A stretch of 50,943 bases of DNA from a virus (Duplodnaviria > Caudoviricetes), in IMG/VR virus record IMGVR_UViG_3300029309_000066, positions 1-50,943 of that record, one strand, 5' to 3'. Both the position numbers and the translations under genes were made by a program. Numbering within the stretch: the stretch's first letter is position 1; every line of letters starts with the position of its first letter. Positions 8,360-18,235 of this stretch are shown piece after piece. The notes below the pieces were generated by a model that was not told where the DNA came from, ran no database searches, and saw only the letters and a list, made by a program, of their open reading frames with translations.

Positions 8360-9084
8360 CTAAATGGTGCTCCTAAAACCCAACAAACCAAAGAATGTCT
8401 TTTACCTTTCGTTACAGGTGTAACTTGATGATACCAAAAAGATGGAAAAACAACTATTGAGCCTTGTGGTCTTATTTCTTTACATTCATAAAGTCTGTTA
8501 CTGTGTTGGTGGTCTCCCCAATCAAATTTTAGGTTACCACCTTCATAATCTTCTGGTTTACTTAAATTCATAGTTAAACTTAATTTTCTAATCTTTCCTA
8601 CCAAATCATCATTAGTGGTATAATATTTTTCTTTACCTTTTATTTTTTTTTCATCTGGTACATTTTTTAAATAAGCAGATTTATGACAACCGCCACAATC
8701 TCTATGCCAACCATAGAAGCCACCATTTTGATATGTTGTAAATTGTAAATCTTCTGCACTTTCAAAATCATAGTTCCAACCAGCCTTTTCATTTGCCTCT
8801 ACAACAAAAGGATATATTCTATTGTATATCCAAACATCATTTAGCCAAGATATAGAACTATCACGAACCAATGGGTTTATTTCATCAATATTTTTTCCTA
8901 GTTCTTTTTGTAATTGTTGTGTGGTTTTATCTGCTTGTTGAATTTGTTTATTGGCACCTTTATGTTCTAAATTCATAGTTTCTGCTTCTTCTGGCTCTTT
9001 ACTTAAACCTAAACTAATAATTTTATCACATTCATCACTTGTTAAAGCAGATGGGAATACGTAAAATGGTGTTTCAATATACAT
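8356..9084 (-). CDS. 2OG-Fe(II) oxygenase (PKHD/prolyl-hydroxylase-like)
   Basis: WHRD, RKLS, YEGG.L.F, FPSF..HQV.PV.KG.R.SLV.W. Confidence 0.9.
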   Translation of the reverse strand: MYIETPFYVFPSALTSDECDKIISLGLSKEPEEAETMNLEHKGANKQIQQADKTTQQLQKELGKNIDEINPLVRDSSISWLNDVWIYNRIYPFVVEANEKAGWNYDFESAEDLQFTTYQNGGFYGWHRDCGGCHKSAYLKNVPDEKKIKGKEKYYTTNDDLVGKIRKLSLTMNLSKPEDYEGGNLKFDWGDHQHSNRLYECKEIRPQGSIVVFPSFWYHQVTPVTKGKRHSLVCWVLGAPFR

Positions 9085-12041
9085 TACAAAGCCTCATCTT
9101 GTATTATATCTTCTTCACTACCTAGTAATTTTGATGTAATAGCACCTGCCAGACCTGTCGCAACTATTGGTGTATATAAAGAAACACCACTATTAACATA
9201 ATCTTTAACATCTGGTGTAAGATATATGGTAGGTGAATCTTTAATAAATCCACCATTTGTTTTAATTGTCTCATTTTTATCTAATACATCAATAAAATCA
9301 AAATCCTCTGGTAGATTATTGCTATCATCTAATCTGTTATTATTATATCTATCTAAAAATAATTCGTCAGAAAATATTGTTTTATTTTCAACTGTTGCAT
9401 CTGTGCCTTTTAATAAATTTTTGGCTACTTTTGGTATAATAACATCATAGTATTGTGTTAACTCAGGTTGGTTCCATCTTTTGTCATGTATTTTACCAGA
9501 AGAAAATGAAATACCATCATAATCATTATCTACTGCATGTTTCATCAATCTTTTAATACCTAATTCTGTAAATCTTTCTGAACTGCCAATAAAAGGTGCA
9601 GATGGTATTGATGAAACTGGATTAAGTTTTACTTCAAAAGCATCTGCCTTTTCTAATTTAGCCTCAAGATTACTTAAATTTTTTAATACATCATCTATTT
9701 TTGTTATATCATAATCAAAACTTGCAACTTCTTCTTGTATTCTTGGGTTTCTTAATTGAGAATCATATATTAAATCTTCGTAAAATCTTACTTCTGCTTT
9801 TTCTGTTCGCAATTCTATAAATTGTTTTTTTGAAATTACCTCTTGTTCTTCTAATGGAAATTTAGCTGGAATCTTTTTAAGTTCTAACTCTTTGCCTCTT
9901 GTAGAAAGGTAATGACTTTTTAGTTGGTCTATTGCATTTTTAGATAAATATAAATCATCTTCATCTTTTCTTTGTGAAAGAGGTACATCTCGCAAATTCT
10001 CTGGTATACCTAAGTCATCAGCAATTTCTGGGTAACCACTTATGTCTTGATTATAATAAAAATCAGCAACTTCTTTTTTGATATCATTATCAAGTTTATC
10101 TAGTTTTTCTTGTGGTAAAATGTTTCTAATTAACTTTTTATTGAACTCGTTAATCTCTGGTTTAGTTATTTTAGTATTTCTATCTGCAAAACCTTTTAAC
10201 CATTTATTATATTCTTTTGTATAATAATCATTAAATACTTTTTTCTTAATTCTGCCAATTTTTTGTGTAATATAACTTGTATCAACATAATCAGATACAT
10301 CAGTATATAGATTATCTGGTATAACCATATTTCTATCTTCTAATGTTGCATTATCTATTAGTGATGCATTATTTTTATCAATACCTGCATTAGAAAGACG
10401 CTGAACAGACTTTTCTTTTACAGGTAAAAATTTATATTTAGTCATTTTTTGTTTAATAATTTCTTCAATCGGTTTTGCCTTTTGGAATAGTCTTGCTATT
10501 TGTTCTTCTCTTTCAAAGCCAAAATCATTTAATGCAACTTCAAATACATTGTTAAAATCTGATTTAAATTCAACATATGTATCTCCAAGAGGCATCTTAT
10601 TAGATTCAATTCGTGAACCTTTAACAGCAGTTAGAGTATCAATATTAGTTGTATCTTTTAATTTTTGTATGTCATCTAATATATCGCCAAAAATGACTGG
10701 GTTATTTTTATTTATAAATGCTTTCTTTTCTTTTAAACCCATAACAAGGCCTTTTTTTCTACCTTGTTGTGCCATATCTGATTGTAATTCTTCTACATAC
10801 AATATCTTTTTACCATCGCTATCTACTCTATCTTTGGTACGAGCAAATACAATCACATTTTTTTCAGCACCAGTATGCGCAAAATTCTTATAGTCTTTTT
10901 TTAATAATTCTAACTGATTATCTTTATTAATTCTAATTTGTCTTGGACCTACATTTGTATCAATTGTTATAGGGTCGCCTTGTTTTAATGTTAAAAATGC
11001 TTCACTATCTATGGTTACATCAGATGGACTTCCTGTTATAAAAGGCAACCTTATATTATAAACACCAGAAATATCAGATGTAAAAGCATCTTTCCAATCA
11101 GATATAACGGTTTCAACCATATCTGGTGGTTCTGGCATTGTTAATAATATCTCATTATAATTATCACCACCGGGCAAAGTGTATTGTTCATGTTTTGGTA
11201 ATAAATCCTTAGTGGTTTTTTTACCTACAAATTGTTCGTCGTAAATTTCTCTACGTAATTGATTTAATTGTAATATTGCCTCATTTAAATTAGGTTGTAG
11301 ACCAAGACCAGTGTTTGTTTTACCATCTACAAGTATTTCATATCCATATTTATTATTTCCTTGAATACCAAATACTGAGTCTATATTTACATTTGGTTGT
11401 TCGGCATCATCTCTAAATTCTATATTAATATAATTATCTGTTTCAAAAGTGTCTGTATCTGGTTGTGCCTTTTTCTGAATGTCTTGAAAATCTTGACTCA
11501 TATCACCAAATTTAACTACCGAAATATTTGGTTCTTCCATATATCCCAACATATCTGGGTTGTATTGTTTCATGTAATCTTTAACAATACTGGTATTACC
11601 TTGTGTAACTTGTTCTGCTAAATCAGTAAAAGAATAAAGACGTGGCTTTTTAGTAATCCTACTTGTAAGTTCAAAATTCATATTTTTAAAATCTTGAAAA
11701 ATGTCTATTTGACCTGCCTCTAAAGCTTTTGCTTCGTTTTTAATAACCTCATTAACCCTTGTTTTATTATCTATTAAATATTCTTTTAGTTCTTGTGATG
11801 TTACTCTAGGTGATGTTGCAAAGGCATCTTCCATACCTGTAAATAACATTTCTTCTTTAACACCTTTTCCACCAATTTTTTCCATTTGAGTAAACATTTG
11901 TTCTGGTGTACCTTTTTTCTGTTGCATTATATCTAATACTTTTTCAGTAGGCGAGAACATGCCTAAATCGTCTAATACACCAAATTTCTGACCGAACTTA
12001 AATATTTGTTTTAATATTGGTTTTACAGGCAATTTAGCCAT
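9084..12041 (-). CDS. Large (985 aa) putative internal virion / polyvalent protein
   Basis: YTLPGGDNYNEILL, LYVEELQSD..QQGR, APF, A....YDGISF motifs that I recognise from large phage-injected proteins; hydrophobic C-terminal segment. Confidence 0.55.
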   Translation of the reverse strand: MAKLPVKPILKQIFKFGQKFGVLDDLGMFSPTEKVLDIMQQKKGTPEQMFTQMEKIGGKGVKEEMLFTGMEDAFATSPRVTSQELKEYLIDNKTRVNEVIKNEAKALEAGQIDIFQDFKNMNFELTSRITKKPRLYSFTDLAEQVTQGNTSIVKDYMKQYNPDMLGYMEEPNISVVKFGDMSQDFQDIQKKAQPDTDTFETDNYINIEFRDDAEQPNVNIDSVFGIQGNNKYGYEILVDGKTNTGLGLQPNLNEAILQLNQLRREIYDEQFVGKKTTKDLLPKHEQYTLPGGDNYNEILLTMPEPPDMVETVISDWKDAFTSDISGVYNIRLPFITGSPSDVTIDSEAFLTLKQGDPITIDTNVGPRQIRINKDNQLELLKKDYKNFAHTGAEKNVIVFARTKDRVDSDGKKILYVEELQSDMAQQGRKKGLVMGLKEKKAFINKNNPVIFGDILDDIQKLKDTTNIDTLTAVKGSRIESNKMPLGDTYVEFKSDFNNVFEVALNDFGFEREEQIARLFQKAKPIEEIIKQKMTKYKFLPVKEKSVQRLSNAGIDKNNASLIDNATLEDRNMVIPDNLYTDVSDYVDTSYITQKIGRIKKKVFNDYYTKEYNKWLKGFADRNTKITKPEINEFNKKLIRNILPQEKLDKLDNDIKKEVADFYYNQDISGYPEIADDLGIPENLRDVPLSQRKDEDDLYLSKNAIDQLKSHYLSTRGKELELKKIPAKFPLEEQEVISKKQFIELRTEKAEVRFYEDLIYDSQLRNPRIQEEVASFDYDITKIDDVLKNLSNLEAKLEKADAFEVKLNPVSSIPSAPFIGSSERFTELGIKRLMKHAVDNDYDGISFSSGKIHDKRWNQPELTQYYDVIIPKVAKNLLKGTDATVENKTIFSDELFLDRYNNNRLDDSNNLPEDFDFIDVLDKNETIKTNGGFIKDSPTIYLTPDVKDYVNSGVSLYTPIVATGLAGAITSKLLGSEEDIIQDEAL

Positions 12042-12712
12042 TAGCCATTTTCCAAAAAATTACAAGTAAGATTGCAAGAAAAGCTTCTTCTTTCACCTTT
12101 TCCATAAAAAGGATAAACAGTATGTACCAAATTTGATGGGAATAAATATATTCTACCTACTTTTGGTTTTTGTAACCATTTTGCAGCGGTTAATACATCT
12201 GTTTGCCCATTTATAAAATCAATATAACCTTCAGTTGCATATTCTTCATGTGTATGTTTAAAATTTTTATCACCTATACTATCTGGCACCATTAGATACA
12301 ATACACATGATAATTGACAACTTGTATGTACATGACCGGGATTATAATCACCTTTAAAAGAACGAACAAACCATGCTCTATTTATGTGAACTGACTCTAA
12401 TTCTGCTACGTTTTCTACATTTTGCTCTTTATTAAATTCTTTAAAAAAGGCAGATGTTGCATTACTTATAAAATGACCAAAAGGTGCCAATGTCTCATCA
12501 TTTAAATCACAACTTAATTCTTCTTGCACATGACCTACAAGATAACCAGAAGCATCTTTTTCTTTTCTCTTTTTAGATTTTATTATTTTATCACAATGTA
12601 CATTAAATGCATCAACCCATTTTTGTGGAATATCTGCTGTAAGTATTCTTGGTCCAAACGGTCTATTTACAAACACCTCAACATTAAAATCGTTATTTTC
12701 TTCTTTAGACAT
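12041..12712 (-). CDS. Putative 2OG-Fe(II) oxygenase (TIGR02466-like)
   Basis: YNPGHVH..LS.VLYL, FPS.L.H.VYPF...RRSFS.N. Confidence 0.85.
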   Translation of the reverse strand: MSKEENNDFNVEVFVNRPFGPRILTADIPQKWVDAFNVHCDKIIKSKKRKEKDASGYLVGHVQEELSCDLNDETLAPFGHFISNATSAFFKEFNKEQNVENVAELESVHINRAWFVRSFKGDYNPGHVHTSCQLSCVLYLMVPDSIGDKNFKHTHEEYATEGYIDFINGQTDVLTAAKWLQKPKVGRIYLFPSNLVHTVYPFYGKGERRSFSCNLTCNFLENG

Positions 12713-12725
12713 TTTAATCCTCCTA

Positions 12726-12983
12726 TTACCATGCCTTACAAGACCAATATCTTGCTTTTGTTTTGGGACCCGGATTATCGCAATTATGCCTAGCTCGAAA
12801 ACTCTTTCGTCTTGCTGGTGATGTTTTCTTTATTCGCATATTAGGGTCTCCAAAGGTTACTTTTTTAACTTTAGAACCATCTAATACAAAGACAACAGAT
12901 TTCTTTTTACCAAAAGAAGGTTCGCCTTTTCTAATTCTTCTTGGTTTATTAAGTTTAACCTTTCTGCCTCTGTATTCAGCCAT
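12726..12983 (-). CDS. Small basic conserved phage protein
   Basis: FGDPNM, RRKSFRARH.C...ARYWSC..W motif. Confidence 0.8.
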   Translation of the reverse strand: MAEYRGRKVKLNKPRRIRKGEPSFGKKKSVVFVLDGSKVKKVTFGDPNMRIKKTSPARRKSFRARHNCDNPGPKTKARYWSCKAW

Positions 12984-13144
12984 TACTTTTTCTTTTGAGC
13001 AGGTGTATGAACCTTTTGTATTTCAAATGATGCTTTTTTTACTGCACCTTTATGTGGTTTATAATCACCTTTCATCAATTTAAAACCTTTACCGGCTCGC
13101 ATCCAATGAAATCCCTTTGGTGCTTCAACTGTTTTTTTTGCCAT
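12983..13144 (-). CDS. Small basic protein (53 aa, not in ORF track)
   Basis: MAKKTVEAPKGFHWMRAGKGFKLMKGDYKPHKGAVKKASFEIQKVHTPAQKKK; TAATG coupling. Confidence 0.75.
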   Translation of the reverse strand: MAKKTVEAPKGFHWMRAGKGFKLMKGDYKPHKGAVKKASFEIQKVHTPAQKKK

Positions 13145-13457
13145 TTTTTCGCTCCTTTTGCTTTTTTAATGTTTCTTTTGCTTTTTTAAATATACTTGCA
13201 ACTTGATTTTTTTTCATAACTTTTGCTCTTTGTTCACCAACTGTAAGTATTTGTATCTTTCTCGCATACGGTTTATTGATTCTTTTAACCTTGGTAACAG
13301 TTTCTCTGGCATCTTGCGGTGTAGCAAATTTAATTCTAACCGTGTCCTTAGGATTTTCGTCCGTATATAAACGTCTGCCAGAACCTTTTGGCTTTTTTCC
13401 TGTTCCCTTTTTTGGCTCACTCTTTTTAGGCACTTTTCTTCTTCTTCTTTTTACCAC
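13125..13457 (-). CDS. Small basic protein
   Basis: K/R-rich; GRRLYTDENPKDTV motif. Confidence 0.75.
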   Translation of the reverse strand: MVKRRRRKVPKKSEPKKGTGKKPKGSGRRLYTDENPKDTVRIKFATPQDARETVTKVKRINKPYARKIQILTVGEQRAKVMKKNQVASIFKKAKETLKKQKERKNGKKNS

Positions 13458-13695
13458 CTAGTAAATCTTTATCTGCTTTTCTAGCACCACCTTTGCCAGA
13501 AACAAAACTTTTTACGCGTCCCATAGCCCATTGATGCGCTGATGTCTTTGGTCTACTACCAGAGCCATAGTATGCACCTAATCCTCGTTTATAGACCTTA
13601 TCTAATGTAGATTTTGCAAACCTACCTGCACCGGGTATTGATGAATATTTACCAGACTTCTTTTTAGCAGTAGATTTTTTCTTTGTAGGTGCCAT
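13426..13695 (-). CDS. Small basic protein (DUF5824-like)
   Basis: VYKRGLGAY..SGSRP....QWAMGRV.SF. Confidence 0.75.
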   Translation of the reverse strand: MAPTKKKSTAKKKSGKYSSIPGAGRFAKSTLDKVYKRGLGAYYGSGSRPKTSAHQWAMGRVKSFVSGKGGARKADKDLLGGKKKKKKSA

Positions 13696-13892
13696 TACGA
13701 TTTACTCCTTTGTTTACTTATTTTATCCATCATTGCCTTTGTTAATTTACCTTCTTTATAAAGTTTAGCAGTACGTTTTATCTCTTTTTCTCGTGCCTTA
13801 GGGTTTTTTGCACCTGCGACATATTTCTTAGGCACACCTTTTTTGGTCTTTGCAACCTTCTTAAACTTTCTTTTTGTTGGTTTTCTTGGCAT
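13695..13892 (-). CDS. Small basic protein
   Basis: K/R-rich; GVPKKY motif; coupled. Confidence 0.75.
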   Translation of the reverse strand: MPRKPTKRKFKKVAKTKKGVPKKYVAGAKNPKAREKEIKRTAKLYKEGKLTKAMMDKISKQRSKS

Positions 13893-14001
13893 TTTTCTTC
13901 TTCTTTTTTAATTTTGCAAAATCTGCACCTGTAATCTTGGTTCTAGGTTTTGCAACTCTAGCAAGTGCTTTTTGTTTTTTAGAATATTTACTAAATGGCA
14001 T
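13861..14001 (-). CDS. Small basic protein (46 aa, not in ORF track)
   Basis: MPFSKYSKKQKALARVAKPRTKITGADFAKLKKKKKNAKKTNKKKV; TAATG coupling. Confidence 0.7.
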   Translation of the reverse strand: MPFSKYSKKQKALARVAKPRTKITGADFAKLKKKKKNAKKTNKKKV

Positions 14002-14279
14002 TACATATTCTCTGGTTTAGATGAACCTAACATGTCATTCATCATTTCGTGAACATTCCCACTATCCATCTTAATTATTTTTACCTTCATCTCGCCATCG
14101 CCATGTTCTTCTTCCATCTGTGTTTCTTCTTCTGGCATAATCATTTCTTGGTGGCATAAAAGTAAAAAATTAACTAATTGACTATCGCTTAGTTCTAGCC
14201 CCTCTGAATCTCTTGGAAATCCCATTTTTTCCTCGAACAGTTTTTCGTTCTGTTCCATGTTGCCTATTTCTATTTCCAT
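14001..14279 (-). CDS. Small acidic Met-rich protein
   Basis: AGGAG RBS; coupled. Confidence 0.75.
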   Translation of the reverse strand: MEIEIGNMEQNEKLFEEKMGFPRDSEGLELSDSQLVNFLLLCHQEMIMPEEETQMEEEHGDGEMKVKIIKMDSGNVHEMMNDMLGSSKPENM

Positions 14280-15382
14280 TTTGGTCTCCTTTCATTAATC
14301 CAACCAATGGTATAAGTAATTTTTTCACCCATTCCCTTAATAACTTTAACAATAGGGTTATTTTTACCATATTTTCCACCAGAAACTTCATATGCCATTT
14401 GATTAGCCCATCGTACAAAGAATGCATAAAAGATGTTAAATACGATTTTATTATTTTGTAGTTTTTTTGCAAACCATTTACCCCATAATTCATAACCTTT
14501 ATATGTATAAAAATTAATCTGTTTTCCATAGATTACATCACATAGATAAATATTTCTAGGTAATAATCCCATTCTATACAATACAGAACATATAAATGTT
14601 TCTTGTTGTGGTGGTCCTTCTTCTTTATCTAAATTTTTTTGTGATTGTAAAGTAACTGCTCTGGAAAATGCAGGGTCATATGATGAACTTGGTATAAAAT
14701 CACCTGTTTTACGGTCTACTTGACCTATGTTTGACGATTCTATTGTATCTTCAGCAAATTCTGCAGGCGATTTTAATACGTCATCAAATCTACCTGCTCG
14801 AAATGCATCTGCAAAATCCATTTTACCACCAAACTTTGGGTCATCTGAAAAGTATGGTTCTTGACTTTGTTTTGTGTAATCGCCTCTAAAACCAGATTGT
14901 CTTAATGCACTCCCTGTTCTAAAAGGTTGCACCCCTGCCTTAAATACATCTCTTTGAGCATCTCTGTTTGCTAAGTTTACTTGTTCTGGTGTAAATTCAA
15001 GTGGTGCCAAATCTAAATCTGGAAAAGCACGAATAGCAGCATTTTGTATATCTGCTCTAGTTAATTGCTCATCTTCCTTTTTACCAACTGCATCTTTGAT
15101 TCTTTTCGTTAACTCTTTTGTTGCAGATAAATCGCCAGAGGTAAAAGCATCAAAATTAGATATTGGTTCATTACCTAATGCTAGATTTGCTATTTGATTT
15201 ACTCTCATTTGGTTAATTAGATTACCATATTGAGCCATACCAGCACCCGGTAATGCACCAAATATTGCAGATGGAGTTAATTTAAAATCAACACCTAATT
15301 TAGATAGAGGACTAACACCACCTTGTAGACTTAATAAACCCTCTTTTAATACACCAAATTGATTTTTTGTAATTGGTGCCAT
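14270..15382 (-). CDS. Putative internal virion protein with a C-terminal Cys-initiated domain
   Basis: 370 aa; C-terminal FICSVLYRMG...GYELW domain paralogous to that of 39522-40832. Confidence 0.6.
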   Translation of the reverse strand: MAPITKNQFGVLKEGLLSLQGGVSPLSKLGVDFKLTPSAIFGALPGAGMAQYGNLINQMRVNQIANLALGNEPISNFDAFTSGDLSATKELTKRIKDAVGKKEDEQLTRADIQNAAIRAFPDLDLAPLEFTPEQVNLANRDAQRDVFKAGVQPFRTGSALRQSGFRGDYTKQSQEPYFSDDPKFGGKMDFADAFRAGRFDDVLKSPAEFAEDTIESSNIGQVDRKTGDFIPSSSYDPAFSRAVTLQSQKNLDKEEGPPQQETFICSVLYRMGLLPRNIYLCDVIYGKQINFYTYKGYELWGKWFAKKLQNNKIVFNIFYAFFVRWANQMAYEVSGGKYGKNNPIVKVIKGMGEKITYTIGWINERRPKWK

Positions 15383-15804
15383 TAAATATTAATGCCTTGT
15401 TCCATTGCAGGTTTACGGATTTGTTCTTGTTGCATATTATCTCTTTGCCTCTGACGTTCCATCATTTCCATCAATTTATTAAGGTCAAACATACCATCAT
15501 TTGGCTCGTCTGGCATTGCAGGACTCATTTGTTGCTCACTTTCTCTAACAACTGACATTGGGTCTAGATTACCTAATGCACCCATTTGATTTGCTCTCAT
15601 TTCTGGTGGTGGTGCTTGAAATTTATCGCTACCTCTAACAATATTCAATGCTGTGGCAAAATCAGTTCCACTGCCTATAAGTGCCATCATTGCATTTTTC
15701 ATATCACTTGGTAGACTATTGATAAAATCTAACATCATTGGTGTAGATATATTATTTAAGTCCATATCTGATGGTGCGACATCAGCCCTATTTAGCATTT
15801 CCAT
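15382..15804 (-). CDS. Met-rich hypothetical protein
   Basis: AGGAG RBS, directly after the portal. Confidence 0.75.
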   Translation of the reverse strand: MEMLNRADVAPSDMDLNNISTPMMLDFINSLPSDMKNAMMALIGSGTDFATALNIVRGSDKFQAPPPEMRANQMGALGNLDPMSVVRESEQQMSPAMPDEPNDGMFDLNKLMEMMERQRQRDNMQQEQIRKPAMEQGINI

Positions 15805-15805
15805 T

Positions 15806-18235
15806 TTAAACTCCTTTATCTAGTTGTTGTGCTAATTTTTTTTCACGAAGTATTGCTAATTCTCCCTCCATCTTTTTTAATTTTAGCATTAGTTCATTCT
15901 GTGTTTTGGCATTTTCTATGGCGATATCTTGTTTTGCTTCTGCATTTTTAATAGCCATATCTTGTTTTGCCTTTGCGCTTTCAATCTGTAATTCTAGTTG
16001 TGTTTTCATTTGTAGCATTTTTGCTTCAAATTGTGCTAGTTGTTCTGCAATCTTGAATTGACCTTGACCTTGTTGACCATAATTCATCAAGCCTTTTATT
16101 TGTTCCATCTGTGGTGATTGTTTAACAACCTCTGAGGCTCTTTGTGATATTTCCATATCAAGTTCTGGTGGTATATCATTAAATTTAAATTTAGGGTCAC
16201 GAACATCTGGTAATGGTGCTAAATCCATACCAATGGCTGATTTCATTCTTTGTCTGTATAACAATGCTATGTGTTCTGCAATATGTGCTATCAATACAGG
16301 TTGTAAACCTCTTGCACCCGGATTACCACCTAGTGATGGGTCTTGTAGAAATTGCATATGAACTAATATATGTGCATCGTGGTCTTGTTCTGGGAATGCT
16401 CTTATAGGTTTGCCATACATAACAGACATATTTTCATCTACTGGGTCAAGTCTTGATGCTTCTTGTGGCTTTTCTAATACCTCATCTATATTTGGTATTC
16501 TTATCGCCTCTAACATTCTTTTATGTGTTTCGTACTGGTCATAAAGCTGAGGTGCTGATTGCGATAACTGAAGTACAGATTGACCTTGTGCAATTCTCTG
16601 TGCTGTTGAAAATATATTTGGGTCTGATACTGGTACAATATCTATTGCATCATCAAAATCTTTTGCAAATATTTGTGCAGATACACCTGCTTGTGAGAAC
16701 GAAAATTCTTCTGGTAAAAACTTGGCATTTAATTTTGCCATCAATTTAAATTCTTGTCCCTGTGAATAATGTAGTCTTTTATGTATCGCAGAGAAAGATT
16801 TACTACCTTGTTCTATTAATGCAACTGTTGAACCTACTGGTGCATTTGGGTTTACATCACCAACATTTAAATCTGCAGTACTAGCAAATCTACGACCTGC
16901 ATCTACGATTGCATTCATCAAATTAAATAAAGTACCAGATGGCTCTTTAAATGGTAATGGCATTATCGCCTTATTAACATCATCAACTGTCGCATCTAAA
17001 TCAGCAAATTCACCGGGATTTACCTGTAATTCACCACCTGTAACACGACCTTTTAATTTAAAACCACCTTGCATATTTGAAAAAGCGGCAGAATCTAATA
17101 ATGCCCTTAATGAACCAGTCGCTGCTTTTCCAAGACCGCCTATTAAATGATACAGACCAAAACCATAAAAGCCTATTCCGGGTAAAAACCTATATGATAT
17201 AAAATAATCTTGCCTTAACTTCTTTTCGTCACTTTCGTCCCAGTTTCTTCTAATCGCTACAATCTTTTGACTATCATAATCTATTGTAACGACATACGGA
17301 AATGCAACCAAATCTTCATTTTCTTCTGTATCTGAATATCCATCTATGCCATCAAATGTTTCGTATACATGCATTTCAATCAATGTTACTGTTTCATTAT
17401 ATTCGTTATCTTCGTAACCCTCTACCCCTTCTATCTGTCCACCAATATCCGTTGATGGGTCTGCATCACCACCTATATATTTAATAGGTAAATAAAAACC
17501 ACCCTCTACATATCTGTTGTAGTCATTTCTAGGCATTGTAATTATATGTGAATATCTAATTGATGTTTGTAAATCTTTACTGTCTGGTGCGACTACAAAA
17601 TCTTCTGCCTTAACAAATTGTGAACATTGTCTACCTAAGTTTGTATCATAATATACTTTTTTAAAGGCATGACCAATTAGTGGTAATTGAAACAACATTG
17701 TATCTAAATCTGGAAAATACTCTGGCATCTCCTGTGTTATCTGATAGTTCATGTAATCACGAACTCGTCTTGCTTGGTCTTCTAATTCTTCGTTTGGTTC
17801 TCCAATAATAGTTGTCTTGACTGGTCCTCCAGAGGGATATAATTCTGCGATTGCCTTTGCATTAAATTGTGTAGCAGACTCTGCAATCATAGGGTGTACG
17901 ACAGTAGATAAACCTCTTGTTGCTCTTTGTTCTTCTTCTTCTGTTAGTCCACCATCTGGTTCAAGTGTCTGTAAACCTTGTTTGTATCTTTCTTCCCATT
18001 CACTTCTTGCCTCTTTATCACTTTCAAATGCTTCTAATAGGTGTTGTGCTTTTCTTGCAGATAAATTTTCGTCAAGTTCTTCTGCTATGTTTTCGTCATG
18101 TTCTGATGTTATTTCTACAACTTCATCTAGTGATGCATCACCAATTAAAACATCTTCGTTATCTATCTGTTCAACCTCTAGGTTATCTGCAGGTTTTCCC
18201 TCTGAAAAAGGTACAACATTTGGTTCTCTAGCCAT
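15806..18235 (-). CDS. Portal protein (P22-like, long C-terminal coiled coil)
   Basis: 809 aa; HP...E...QF.A, G..FKKVYYD, FLPG.GFYGFG, PLPFKEPS, APVG.T.ALIE, SAIHKRLH. Confidence 0.9.
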   Translation of the reverse strand: MAREPNVVPFSEGKPADNLEVEQIDNEDVLIGDASLDEVVEITSEHDENIAEELDENLSARKAQHLLEAFESDKEARSEWEERYKQGLQTLEPDGGLTEEEEQRATRGLSTVVHPMIAESATQFNAKAIAELYPSGGPVKTTIIGEPNEELEDQARRVRDYMNYQITQEMPEYFPDLDTMLFQLPLIGHAFKKVYYDTNLGRQCSQFVKAEDFVVAPDSKDLQTSIRYSHIITMPRNDYNRYVEGGFYLPIKYIGGDADPSTDIGGQIEGVEGYEDNEYNETVTLIEMHVYETFDGIDGYSDTEENEDLVAFPYVVTIDYDSQKIVAIRRNWDESDEKKLRQDYFISYRFLPGIGFYGFGLYHLIGGLGKAATGSLRALLDSAAFSNMQGGFKLKGRVTGGELQVNPGEFADLDATVDDVNKAIMPLPFKEPSGTLFNLMNAIVDAGRRFASTADLNVGDVNPNAPVGSTVALIEQGSKSFSAIHKRLHYSQGQEFKLMAKLNAKFLPEEFSFSQAGVSAQIFAKDFDDAIDIVPVSDPNIFSTAQRIAQGQSVLQLSQSAPQLYDQYETHKRMLEAIRIPNIDEVLEKPQEASRLDPVDENMSVMYGKPIRAFPEQDHDAHILVHMQFLQDPSLGGNPGARGLQPVLIAHIAEHIALLYRQRMKSAIGMDLAPLPDVRDPKFKFNDIPPELDMEISQRASEVVKQSPQMEQIKGLMNYGQQGQGQFKIAEQLAQFEAKMLQMKTQLELQIESAKAKQDMAIKNAEAKQDIAIENAKTQNELMLKLKKMEGELAILREKKLAQQLDKGV

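Noticed and set aside
14182-14529. 115-aa minus-strand ORF overlapping two genes
   Set aside because: Alternative frame across two coupled, better-supported genes
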